Positions 1 through 9,951 of a DNA stretch of 20,000 nt are shown piece after piece (within the stretch, counting starts at the first letter, position 1; the number at the start of each line of letters is the position of its first letter). The stretch comes from Sarea resinae (Eukaryota): positions 294,249 through 314,248 of the forward strand of contig JAPEUD010000021.1 in NCBI GenBank assembly GCA_026026165.1, in the 5' to 3' direction. The notes under the pieces are model-generated. The model was not told where the DNA came from. It did no database searches and saw nothing but the letters and a program-made list of their open reading frames with translations. Position numbers and translations under genes: made by a program.

Positions 1-2615
1 TTTCCCTCTTCAATGGCGCTCAAGATCGTCGAAAAGTCGTCATCCGTAAGAACCATGTCCGCGGCTTCCTTGGCCACGTCTGTCCCAAGTAGACCCATGG
101 CCACTCCAATGTCTGCCTTCTTTAACGCTGGCGCATCGTTCACCCCGTCCCCAGTCATTGCCACAACATCACCTCGTGACTGCAGAGCACGTACGATCTT
201 CATCTTGTGATCAGGGCTCGTGCGGGCAAAGATGCTGGTCGTGGACATCGCTTCCGCCAGTTCTTGCTCCGACATCTGGTCGATCTCGTCGCCTCTCAAA
301 ACAGCTCTGTTATGCTGCCCATGGGAAGGGACGATAGGCATCCCAATTTTTCCCGCAATAGCGACAGCTGTTGTCTCTGCATCACCAGTGATCATAATCA
401 CCTTGACCCCACCAGCCATCAACCGTCGAATCGACTTGTGAACGTCTTTCCTAGGTGGGTCATTCATGCCCACAATACCAGCAAATACGAGACCTTGATA
501 TGCATCTTCATTTTTGCTAGCCGCATTTCGGGTTGAGTTCTGCTTGGATTCCTGCTTCGGTGTTACGCTTCGACTCCTACTCGCGCTTGTCAATCCAGAT
601 TTGGGCGAATCTCGAGTAGCTCCACTAGCAAAGCCCAGAACCCTGAGGCCTTCTTCGGCCATACGCTCGGCCGCCTTGAGTGCAGCTTGCTTCCTTGGTG
701 CATCCAGAACAACTTCTCGCCCTTCCTTTGTCATAAAAGTATCGCATCGCGAGAGCACTTGTTCTAGAGCACCTTTAATGTAGGCCGTCTTCGGGTGGTT
801 GTTGTTCTTAGAGATCGCCTCTGAGCTGTCTCCTATCACAACTCCCATCCACTTACGATCAGAGCTGAAAGGGGTTTCCGCGGCACGTTTCCCTACGCGC
901 TCCCTCATATCATCATCGCCAAAGGCATCGAGCAAGTCTAGCATAGCAACATCTGTGGGTTGCCCAACCCAACGACTCTTTGCGCCTGCATCCAGCGGGT
1001 CATGACTAGACATTGAAGAGAGGATAGCCGCCGACGAAGCTGAAGCAGGAGCGCCTGATGAGGTTCTTGCCAACCGTGCGTTGTTCGCTATATTACCGAC
1101 CCGGAGAATTGTGCGAATAGGTGAGTCTGGTGACTGCGATGTGATATCTTTTGTCACATCCAGAGGTTGAGAGATATCGAAGTGCCACATTTTGGTCACT
1201 GTCATATGGTTCATTGTCAAAGTCCCTAAAATCCAAGATTAGCAAAAAGAGCGAGTTCGTTTGACACCAAACGATTGAGCTTCTCCCACTACGCACCTGT
1301 CTTGTCACTGCACACTACATTGACAGAACCAAGGGTCTCCACGCTAGGCAACCTCCTCACTATAGCTCCACGATTGGCCATCCTAAGAACGCCAAGCGCA
1401 AGAGTGACGGTCACAATAATTGGCAGGCCCTCGGGAATAGCGGCCACAGCAAGCGATACGCCGATCTGGAACATTTCTAGGAGAGCACGCCCTTGCCAAA
1501 GGCCAACGATTACGATGAGGCCTATGACCCCAAATGACATGTAACTCAGTTCCTGTCCCAGACGGTCCATTGATAGTTGCAGAGGGGTACGAGGACTCTC
1601 GATTTCCTGTAGAGATGCAGAGATGGCACCAAACTCGGTATTTGCTCCAGTCGCGATGACGACACCTTGACCATAACCGGAACGCACCAAGGTGCCCATG
1701 AATGCAATATTTGTCTGCTCATTCAGACGGAGGTCGGCGCCAACGGTGCCAGCGGCCGGAGCATCGAAGAGAGGTGAACGAGGAGCTGAAATCGGATGAT
1801 CCAGAGCTTCTGCATGCTTGGAAACTGGCTCGTTCTCTCCCGTGAGGTTAGATTCGTCTATGCTCAGGTCGGCGGCACTTGTGATCCTTATATCAGCAGG
1901 AATACGATCCCCAGTGGAAAAGAGGACAAGATCACCCGGCACGAGTTGCGCAGCCGGGACGGTTGAAGAAGCCGTTTCTACCCTCGCAAAAGACGACGCT
2001 GCCGAAGCACTGTCTAGAGTGTCAAGTTCTAGAGTGTTTGATGAACTACCATAACTCCGGGACCCGCTTCCGCGTATGAGATGCGCATAATGGGGGACGA
2101 GACGGTGGAGCGCCTCAATGGATTGCTCGGAGCGATATTCCTGAACGAAGCCAACAGTGACCACGATTGTGACGGCGATTGTTATGCTGACGGCGTCGTC
2201 GAAATTGCCCATGAAGAAAGAGATCGCGGCCGAGGTGAGCAGGAGTAGTATGAGTGTCTCTTTGAACTGCTTGAGAAATCGAAGCCACAAGGGTTCGGGT
2301 TCCTCGTGAGGTAGCTCATTCGTGCCATGCTGGAGGAGCCGCGCCTCTGCATCCGTCGACGATATGCCATGCGTAAGGGAAGAAGACAGCCGACCGATCA
2401 CTTCGGGTGGTGAAAGAAGGGAGTAGACAGAGGTTATCGACTGGGAAGAGTCAGCTACCAACGTTCAAAACGCCCACTCACCATGGCTTTGTTCTTACCG
2501 AAGAGGCAGAGGCTGAGCGCCTATGTGCGTGTGATGGCTTAGGGCTAGGAGGCTGCAGGTTGTTGGAGGTAGAGACATTATATAATGGCAGTGCTGGAGT
2601 GGATGATCTTGACAT
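1..2615 (-). CDS. PMR1: Secretory-pathway (Golgi) Ca2+/Mn2+-transporting P-type IIA ATPase, PMR1/SPCA family; 3' end beyond the window. Exons 2615-2499, 2440-1297, 1225-<1
   Basis: The spliced translation contains [19 protein letters not shown], the phosphorylation motif CSDKTGTLT (split by intron 1296-1226, GTGCGT...GCTAAT...TTTAG), [25 protein letters not shown] and [18 protein letters not shown]. Intron 1 is 2498-2441 (GTAAGA...GCTGAC...CCCAG, phase 0). [12 protein letters not shown] and the absence of a long N-terminal extension fit PMR1 better than PMC1/ENA. The start codon ([12 protein letters not shown]) is less certain than the body. Confidence 0.93.
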
Positions 2616-3837
2616 ATTCTCATGGCCGTAAATAAAGACCGAGGTGCGAATCGACAGCGGCTACGTCGATCAACAATCAACGGCCAGCTGAAAGAATGGG
2701 CACACAAGTCCAAGTATCGACGGATGATATTTAGCGGCTAAGGGCGCATCGATCGCATCAAGAAGGAGGAATTGGAGGCTAGATATGAGGCAGAAGGCTC
2801 AGGTAGAGAGCAATGTATGAAGAGGTGAAGGTGTCGTGTCGTTTGCCGTTGGGAAAAGAGACTGCGGATGCGCGCGATGGGTGCTCATTCAGATCGAGGT
2901 TGGAGGTTATAAATTTGTATTTGCAACAAACGTCCGGTTTGGGGCCTTGACTTTGGGGGTTGCAGCTCCTCATAGGCAATCAAAAGCAGTAAGAGCAGCC
3001 AGACTAGAGGCGTCAACCATGAGGAACAGCGCAGGATGAGCTTGGGCATGGGCATCTCTGGGGGAGACGAGTACTCGGAACCTCGCCCCCCACGGAACTT
3101 GTGCGCCGATGAGAGGTAGCTCTACTTGATCGCTACCTGGCACCTCTTGAATAGAAAGAAGAAAGACAAGGGGTAACTCCCAAGTCGTGTACCTTACTCT
3201 ACTGTACACGACGGAGAATTCCTGCCCACTTCTCCTGCTTGTCCCTGGCTAGAGTACAGCGCACGCCGACTCCTTCTCTCGCCCTACCAACAACTACTGT
3301 CGGTCATTTGCCACTAAGTCTCAGCCCAAAAGTCTTATCTCGGGTTCACAGCAGAGAGGTACCCAGAGGATGCTATCGGAATGGCCCTCGAGACAAAGTA
3401 GACAAGAGACGAGCTGTGGATTATGTTGTTTGCATATTGAAATGTAGGACAAAGTAAGGTATCTGGCGAAGCCGTGCTCAGTCGCTCGCTCGTAGGGTTC
3501 CAAGGGTAGGTTTCAGGCAGATCACCATTTACCATGCTTCGGTGGTGGGCAAAGAGTACATGTATCTAGAGTCAAGCCATTTCAACCATCTTCCTTCCTC
3601 GATTCAGGGGTTAGGAGGTCCGAGGTAATGATCCGTCTGGCAGGCCTGCGTTGCGCACCTGTAAACAAACGATCTAATCGTCCCGGATCAGCCCCAAGGT
3701 ATCAAACACATCAATCGATGCTATTTCCTGGTAAGGTGGTTTCTAATAATACCCAATGTTCAGAGATGTTCTATTACTCGTACTAGGTAGTCAGTTATGA
3801 TGAATTCTCACCCTGCCTTATTGAATTGCAAGCAAGC

Positions 3838-3876
3838 ACGCGTACTTGGATCGCCATAACAGCCCGTTCGACGCGT
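3838..3876. promoter_or_regulatory. Two perfect MCB (MluI cell-cycle box) elements upstream of RAD21
   Basis: ACGCGT at 3838-3843 and 3871-3876, about 650-690 bp upstream of the RAD21 ATG. MCD1/SCC1 is a known G1/S MBF target in budding yeast. Confidence 0.5.
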
Positions 3877-4114
3877 AAGCGTACGGAGTAAAATGGTAAA
3901 GGGAATTGAACGAAATGCAGTCCCTCGACCCTACTCCGTACTCCGGAGTACGCAGTACATAAGGTACATTACCTACCCGTTATCTTGGTTTGCTGGCAGC
4001 TTGCACTCACGTGATGGGGCCAAACACGTCCACGGGTCGGTACTTCGGTACCTACAGTACTCTGTACAGAGCAACTTTGAACTTTGAACATCGGTAGCGG
4101 CCACCCACCATTCA

Positions 4115-4170
4115 TCCCAGCCCCAGCCCCCTCCCTCCTCCCTCCCTCCCTCACTCACTCGCTCACACAT
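4115..4170 (+). promoter_or_regulatory. Pyrimidine-rich (CT-box-like) tract, probable core promoter region of RAD21
   Basis: CCCAGC, CCCT and CACT short repeats form a C/T-rich block about 350-400 bp upstream of the ATG, typical of filamentous fungal transcription start regions. Confidence 0.35.
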
Positions 4171-4523
4171 CATTGCTTCGGCCTCTCGCCTTCACCTCCG
4201 GATTTCTTACCCCCCAGCTCAGAGGACTCTTGCATTGCATCCTCTCTTTTTTTGATATTTCCATCTGTTCTGCTTCTTTTGGGCTTGATAGAGGGGAGAT
4301 ACCTATCGCGATAGCCAGTAACGACGTTTTAGCCTTCGCTTCCAAGTGGCCCGACCAGCTGGATCGCGCGTTTGCCTGGGAAGCAATCGCGTACACATGT
4401 CAACGCGACTCTGACCTTCAACACACATACCGAGTGCGCCAATTCGCATAGCATAACCAGCCTTGGCCCGTGAAGCTGGTGCTCTACATTGCATTGCATT
4501 GATTATTGCTTATCACCTCCAGC

Positions 4524-6466
4524 ATGTTCTACTCGGAAACGCTCTTGTCGAAGACCGGGCCTCTGGCTCGCGTCTGGCTCTCGGCCAACTTGGAGCGCAA
4601 ACTGTCAAAGACTCATATCCTGCAGTCAAACATCGAGACCAGTGTGAATGCTATCGTGGATCAAGGCCAGGCACCGATGGCATTACGTTTGAGTGGACAA
4701 CTCTTGCTCGGAGTCGTCAGAATATACAGTAGAAAAGCGCGCTACCTTCTAGACGACTGCAATGAAGCATTGATGAAAATCAAGATGGTAAGAACTTCAG
4801 AGCGTATGGATGTGACTGGGACTGATCTGGGAAATAGGCTTTCCGTCCAGGTAACGTTGATTTACCCGCCAACCAACTGCACGCTCCCAACCCTGCGACC
4901 TTGACTCTCCCGGATGCTCTTACGGAATTGGACCTTCTCGCGCCCATGCCAGATGAGTCGCTGCTGCTGACGCAACCCTCGGATATCGAATTGGGCAGAG
5001 GTGTCGATCTTGGTGGCCCCATCGATTGGACCAGTCAGCCTCTCACGCACAGTATTGAGCAGGACATGAATGCGCCCAGTGAGGAGTTTCTTGACGACGA
5101 TGGCATAGTACTTGATCTTGGAGAGAACGATTTGGGACCTATCGGGGACGATACGAGCGTTCATATCGGCAGAAGAGAAGCCACTGCAAGACCTATGGAA
5201 GAAGATGTGGTCAGTGACGATATGAAATTCTACGAAGGGGAGGATCTTGCACTTGACATTGGCGAAGGTCCAGCGAACGAGGGTCTCGGTGGCGCGACAG
5301 GCCTGTCGGAGGCAGGAGGTTTTGATTTCGGTGGTGATGAGGACATGGGTCTAGGCGCCATTGGGGAAGACGACGCCCCAACAGCGGCACCGACGCCAGC
5401 ACGAGTCAGGGATTCACAATCGCCTCTATCATCGATACGCTCTAGTGCTGAGCGCGAGCTCGAGCACGACATTTTGCATGACTCTGCCATATTCGAGCCC
5501 GAAGAAGAGGAAGAAGAATCTCTCCATCAGGCTCACCGGGCCAAAAAGCGCAAAATTATCCAGCCGGATACCGACACGGTTCTGCATCAAAATCAAATCA
5601 GACAACAGCAAGATGATCGTTCCGGTATTCTAAAGCCGGCTTCGTTCTTACCAAGGGATCCTATGCTGCTGACGTTGATGTCTATGCAGCGAAGCGGCGG
5701 CTTTGTGTCCAATATCTTTGGAGATGCCCGAGGCAAGGGTTGGGCGCCCGAGCTGAGAAACGTTCTTTCTTTCGAGGTCGTTCGTCAATCTGGTGATTTG
5801 AAGCGGAAGCGCGACAGCGGCGTTGCAGACTTGAGCGACGTCGATCTCGAACTGGGCGCAGAAAAGCAGCCGCAAATTGAGATTGGCGAGGATGATGAAG
5901 TGGAAGGTGTTGCTCCTCTTGGTGGCATCGGTGGCGATACAACCCTTGGCGGAGAAGAAGAGATGATGGATTTACCCGCCGATGATGGATTCCAGCCAGC
6001 TTTCGACGACGATATGGGAACGACGCCGCAAGCCGGCCTCGGAGGAGAGGAATTTACACCAGCACCAGAGCACTTCGATGAGACCACCATGCCTCTTGTC
6101 CATCCCGCGGACAGCGGACCGGTAGCTGTGGGGACCAAACACGCTGTTCATCTGCTCCGTGAGCGCCTTGGCCCATCATCTGCTGAGAGCCCTTCTCAGA
6201 GGACCCAGACTAGTGTTCTTTTCCAGGATCTTTTGCCCGAGCAAACAACCAGCAAGGCAGACGCAACGAAGATGTTCTTCGAGGTTCTCGTTTTGGCCAC
6301 CAAAGATGCTGTCAAGGTCGAGCAGAGGGAGGATGCTCTTGGTGGTCCCATTCGTGTCCGAGGAAAACGGGGTCTCTGGGGTTCTTGGGCTGAAACAGAA
6401 GCCGGTGGTGAGATTGCGCAGACTGGTGCGCCACCTGCCTCTGCACCTGTAACCGCTGCCGCCTGA
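4524..6466 (+). CDS. RAD21: Cohesin kleisin subunit Rad21/Scc1/Mcd1, 630 aa. Exons 4524-4787 and 4838-6466
   Basis: N-terminus MFYSETLLSKTGPLARVWLSANLERKLSK...MALRLSGQLLLGVVRIYSRKARYLLDDC is the Rad21/Rec8 N-terminal domain. A 50-nt intron at 4788-4837 (GTAAGA...ACTGAT...AATAG) joins in frame to an acidic linker with KKRK/KRKR motifs and a C-terminal winged helix (ATKMFFEVLVLATKDAVKVEQ). Confidence 0.96.
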
Positions 6467-7301
6467 TCTGATACCTGATTCCTCTCGGGTCTACTATGTT
6501 GATGCCTGGCCGGCGTGGGGGCTCGGCTTCTTTTGTATCATCAAGGTCGGTTGGGGGCTTGTTAACGGGGTCTTGAGAGGAGTTTCCTCATGGGGTTTTC
6601 CATTTCTTTTCTCTTGCACTTTCTCTTTGCACGGGCTTGTTTTAGGGTTGATTCCAGGGGCGTTGGGATGATTGGAACTGCTTTACTCTCTTTGAATCAT
6701 GCTTCTTGACGGCGCGCTTATCATGACCGGCATTGCGTGCGTGCAGCATACATTTTGATGTACGATCTCTCCGGGTCCTTTCTTCTCCACAGTGGGGACA
6801 ATAATAGAAATCGCCAGACGGCCTCCTAGATTATCATCGTTGTCTCGTTATGGGTGTTGAGTATGGGCCCCGTGGTTCACCATTGGCACCACGGGCTGTA
6901 GGATTTCACATGGGGATGCATGCACCGTACGGTGGCTTGGGCTGCCTTAGGCGGTGCTGTTCTATCTGGAGAGCAACGCGGGTGCTCCCGAGGGATACAT
7001 CCATGGATGCATCTTGATGGATGGATGGATCCATCCATCTTGATGCGCGTGAATGAAACGGGACAGTACCAGTCTGGATACGGTATTTGGGACTTGACAA
7101 CCTAACCTCATTCATCCCGTACCCAGATGAACTGGAACTTTGGTTGGAGCCTGTGCAACGAAGACTTATCGTACGAAGTACCTAGGTACCGACGACCATG
7201 ACGACTATGTAGTAGAGTACTTCGTACGTGTACCGAGTGAGGTACGCCATTCTCCCTCTAAGCGCGGCACAGGAAGTTCTTCTGGGGTCGTGGTGGGGGG
7301 A

Positions 7302-7340
7302 TCTTTGGTTCTATGGTTCTTTGGTTCTATGGTTCTTTGG
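7302..7340. repeat. Tandem repeat of alternating 8-mers TTCT(T/A)TGG (16-bp unit, about 2.5 copies)
   Basis: tctttggttctatggttctttggttctatggttctttgg read directly from the sequence. Confidence 0.85.
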
Positions 7341-7652
7341 CCAATGGGCCGCGCTGGAGGCTTCTGCTCTGTTGCGTGATTGCTCTGGACGGCACGTCTG
7401 GATATGCACGAAGCTAAGAATAACAGCCATCACAGATGTGACAATCCATTGATTTGACCCTGGCTCAGAGGGTGGTATGCGATCGCGGCTGCGCCTCGTC
7501 TGGCAGCGGGGAGATTGGTGGGCTGAACTGCCATCAGTGGCCGCGACGGGCTGCCATGCCTGTCGTCCCCTCTTGATCGGCCACTTTCAGGCACGGCACT
7601 TGCATCAAAGCCCCTGCGCGACCTGTGCCGTCTCAATCATTGACGTCTCTGA

Positions 7653-7680
7653 GCCACTGGATAAGGCCACTGGATAAGGC
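7653..7680. repeat. Perfect 13-bp tandem duplication GCCACTGGATAAG x2
   Basis: 7653-7665 and 7666-7678 are identical, and each contains GATAAG. Confidence 0.9.
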
Positions 7681-8116
7681 GAGGTCGAGGGACCGCCTGC
7701 AGGACGAGAACAGATATCAGTACTGATACCTCGATCCTGATACCCCCCTCAGCACTGATGCTGGTACTGTACCGAGTAGAATGCAGGGCACGTAGGTGTG
7801 CTAAGAACATCGAAAGGTACTGTAGATACCGACTAGGACTCTCGTGGCGGTGCTGCCTCTGCTGCTCGACCTTACTCTACGCACTACGCTTGTTTGGCTC
7901 CCTTTTGCTTTCGAACCGGACTTCGACCCCTTCGTCTTCCATCGCCCATATAACATGCCGTGCACTTCTCTCCTCACAAGCGAAATAACTTCTGATCTCG
8001 TTCTCTACTCTGCATCAAAGATCATCAAATCTGCCCAATAGCCCTTTTTCATTTCTCACCTTGGCTTCTCTTATCTGCATTCGACGGTCTTATTTCCAAG
8101 ACCTTGTCCTTTGATC

Positions 8117-9561
8117 ATGGCTTCACCCTTTCCGGCCTACACCCATACACTTTCACCCTGGGATTGTCCTCCAAATTCGCGCAACTTGAATGGCAGCACC
8201 GCTCCTCTGTGGAATCCGATTCAAGTCCTCAACTATGATTCCAACGATTGTCAGTGTCTCGGATATGCCCGTACCGCAGGCCGACGATGCCGAAATTCCA
8301 CGGGACCGCAAAAGGGGAAGGCAACGTCACTTATTAGGGAAATGGCGATGGTGCCTCCGTCGTCTCCTGTGATGCACGCCATGTTGGAAGAGCTGGCTGG
8401 CTATTGTCTCTGTAGACGATGGCATCAGGACCAGAGCGATGAAATTGCTGACAAGTGGCGGGCCAAGATCTCAGTCTCGCCGTCTTCGTCCAGTTCGAAC
8501 AATGTCCGGAGACCGAAACCAGTGCCGACGAACTTTGATTATCTTACCCCGCCATCAACCCCGCCAAGGTCCAACAGATCTTCGATATCGAGTTCTTCAT
8601 CGTATCAGACAGCGCCCTTCGCCCTGGAATCACCTGCCCCATCACGTGCGCCGTGGCCCAATCCGCAGATCTCGTCACTGTTTCTCAATGCATCCCCGGC
8701 AACGCCAGCTACCCCATCATCCCGGACGCTGCAAAGACCGAGTTCGCGGGCCTCACCGTTGTTTTCCAATGCACCACCGGCAACACCATCTACCCCATCA
8801 CATGTGGCTCTGCAAAGGCCAAGTCCACGGGCCTCATCATCGACTCCTCGCTCACCATCGGAAATTCGAGGCAGAATCCAGGAAGTTGGCAACAGTGGCG
8901 TCGCCGCCCCACGCGAAAGAGCATCGCCAGAATCGCAGATCGCATCCGGGGCTCTTCCATCCTCAGTCCAAGCTCGGCCACCTTTGGTGCCAACGACAAC
9001 CAATCTGCAGTCTCTAGCACTCGTGCGTACCCCAATAATTCAAGAAGCATCCACTGCTTCGAGCACAGCAAGTCCTAGGGCTGGTTCACTCACCTCAAGA
9101 ACCACGACCTCAACTACAACGACGACGACAACGACGAGTACTACCAGCACTACCACGACGACCACTACCACGGTCACTTCCACAGTCGACGTCGCTTCAG
9201 AAGGCGCCGACATACCCAACGGTCCCCGTCATTCGCCCACTCCACCTCCCAGGCCATTAGCCCGTGAGCTGGCTCAATTAACATTAGCCCCACCTCCTCC
9301 TCCTCCTCCTCCAGTTCGGACTGAGCCTAGCGGAGAGAGAATTTTTGGCCATGTCCGCGAGCATTCGCACCGAGAAGAGGTGCCGCAGCGCATTGTGGAG
9401 CTGCCCGATTCCGTAGAGGATGATTTGGAAAATATGCTGGAATCCTCAGATGAGGAATTCGAAGACGAGGAGTCTGAAAACGAGGAGTCTGGAGAGCAAG
9501 GGAGCTCGTCTTCGGATGCGACTTCCAACAGCCCCGAAGCTACACAGCCATCGTTGTCACT

Positions 9562-9598
<37 letters not shown>

Positions 9599-9951
9599 GC
9601 ACCACCACCAGCACCACCACCAGCACCATCATCTCGCACAGCGGTTTTCGAGCCGCAGACTTACACGCATCCCTTGGAAATTCACGCCGCAACGGGCGTC
9701 GTTAGAAGATCGATTGAGGGAGACTGCCCCATTTGTCTGCAAGAATTTGAGCCTCGTTCAGCAACGGTTTGGTGCAAGGCTCAATGTGGCCAGAACTTCC
9801 ATGAGGACTGTTTTACGCAGTGGACTAGAGAAAGGACTCCAAGCGACCTTAATTGCGTCTTCTGGTACGTATTGTTGGCTTTCGTTGTCGCTATTTTGCG
9901 CAAGTAAATGAGGCTGATTTATCTCGCAGCCGCACAAGATGGATTCATTAG
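8117..9951 (+). CDS. Uncharacterised RING-variant (C4HC3, MEKK1/ZSWIM2-like) putative E3 ligase with an N-terminal Cys/His module, 589 aa. Exons 8117-9864 and 9930-9951
   Basis: Long ORF from ATG 8117. The C-terminus CPICLQEF...VWCKAQCGQNFHEDCFTQW...NCVF is completed to CVFCRTRWIH* by a 65-nt intron at 9865-9929 (GTACGT...GCTGAT...CGCAG), which restores the eighth zinc ligand. The N-terminus has a CLGYARTAGRRCRN...LCRRWHQDQ motif. The centre is S/P/T/E low-complexity sequence. Confidence 0.87.
8672..8833 (+). repeat. In-frame 81-bp (27-aa) tandem duplication inside the RING gene linker
   Basis: SSLFLNASPATPATPSSRTLQRPSSRA (8672-8752) and SPLFSNAPPATPSTPSHVALQRPSPRA (8753-8833) align without gaps at DNA and protein level. 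Confidence 0.88.
9562..9631 (+). repeat. Coding microsatellite (TCA)n followed by (GCACCACCACCA)-type repeats, encoding poly-Ser and APPP
   Basis: About 12 perfect TCA units, then gcaccaccacca x2. The same gene has poly-Thr (about 9100-9180) and poly-Pro (CCT)n (about 9290-9313) tracts. Confidence 0.9.

Noticed and set aside
13..2054. Plus-strand ORFs such as [25 protein letters not shown]
   Set aside because: Antisense shadows of the conserved PMR1 coding sequence.
2770..2805. GAGGCT/AAGGCTCA motifs as Crz1/CDRE calcineurin-response sites upstream of PMR1
   Set aside because: Only partial matches to the consensus and probably within the 5' UTR; not distinguishable from chance.
3797..3803. 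ATGATGA as a box C of a C/D snoRNA (also near 19310)
   Set aside because: No CTGA box D or terminal stem at a suitable distance.
7302..7340. Short periodic repeats as a CRISPR-like or telomeric array
   Set aside because: No spacers, eukaryotic context and not TTAGGG; ordinary slippage repeats.
9274..9911. Poly-His ORF (9420-9911 +) and poly-Asp ORF (9274-9639 -)
   Set aside because: Alternative-frame readings of the (TCA)n microsatellite in the RING gene.
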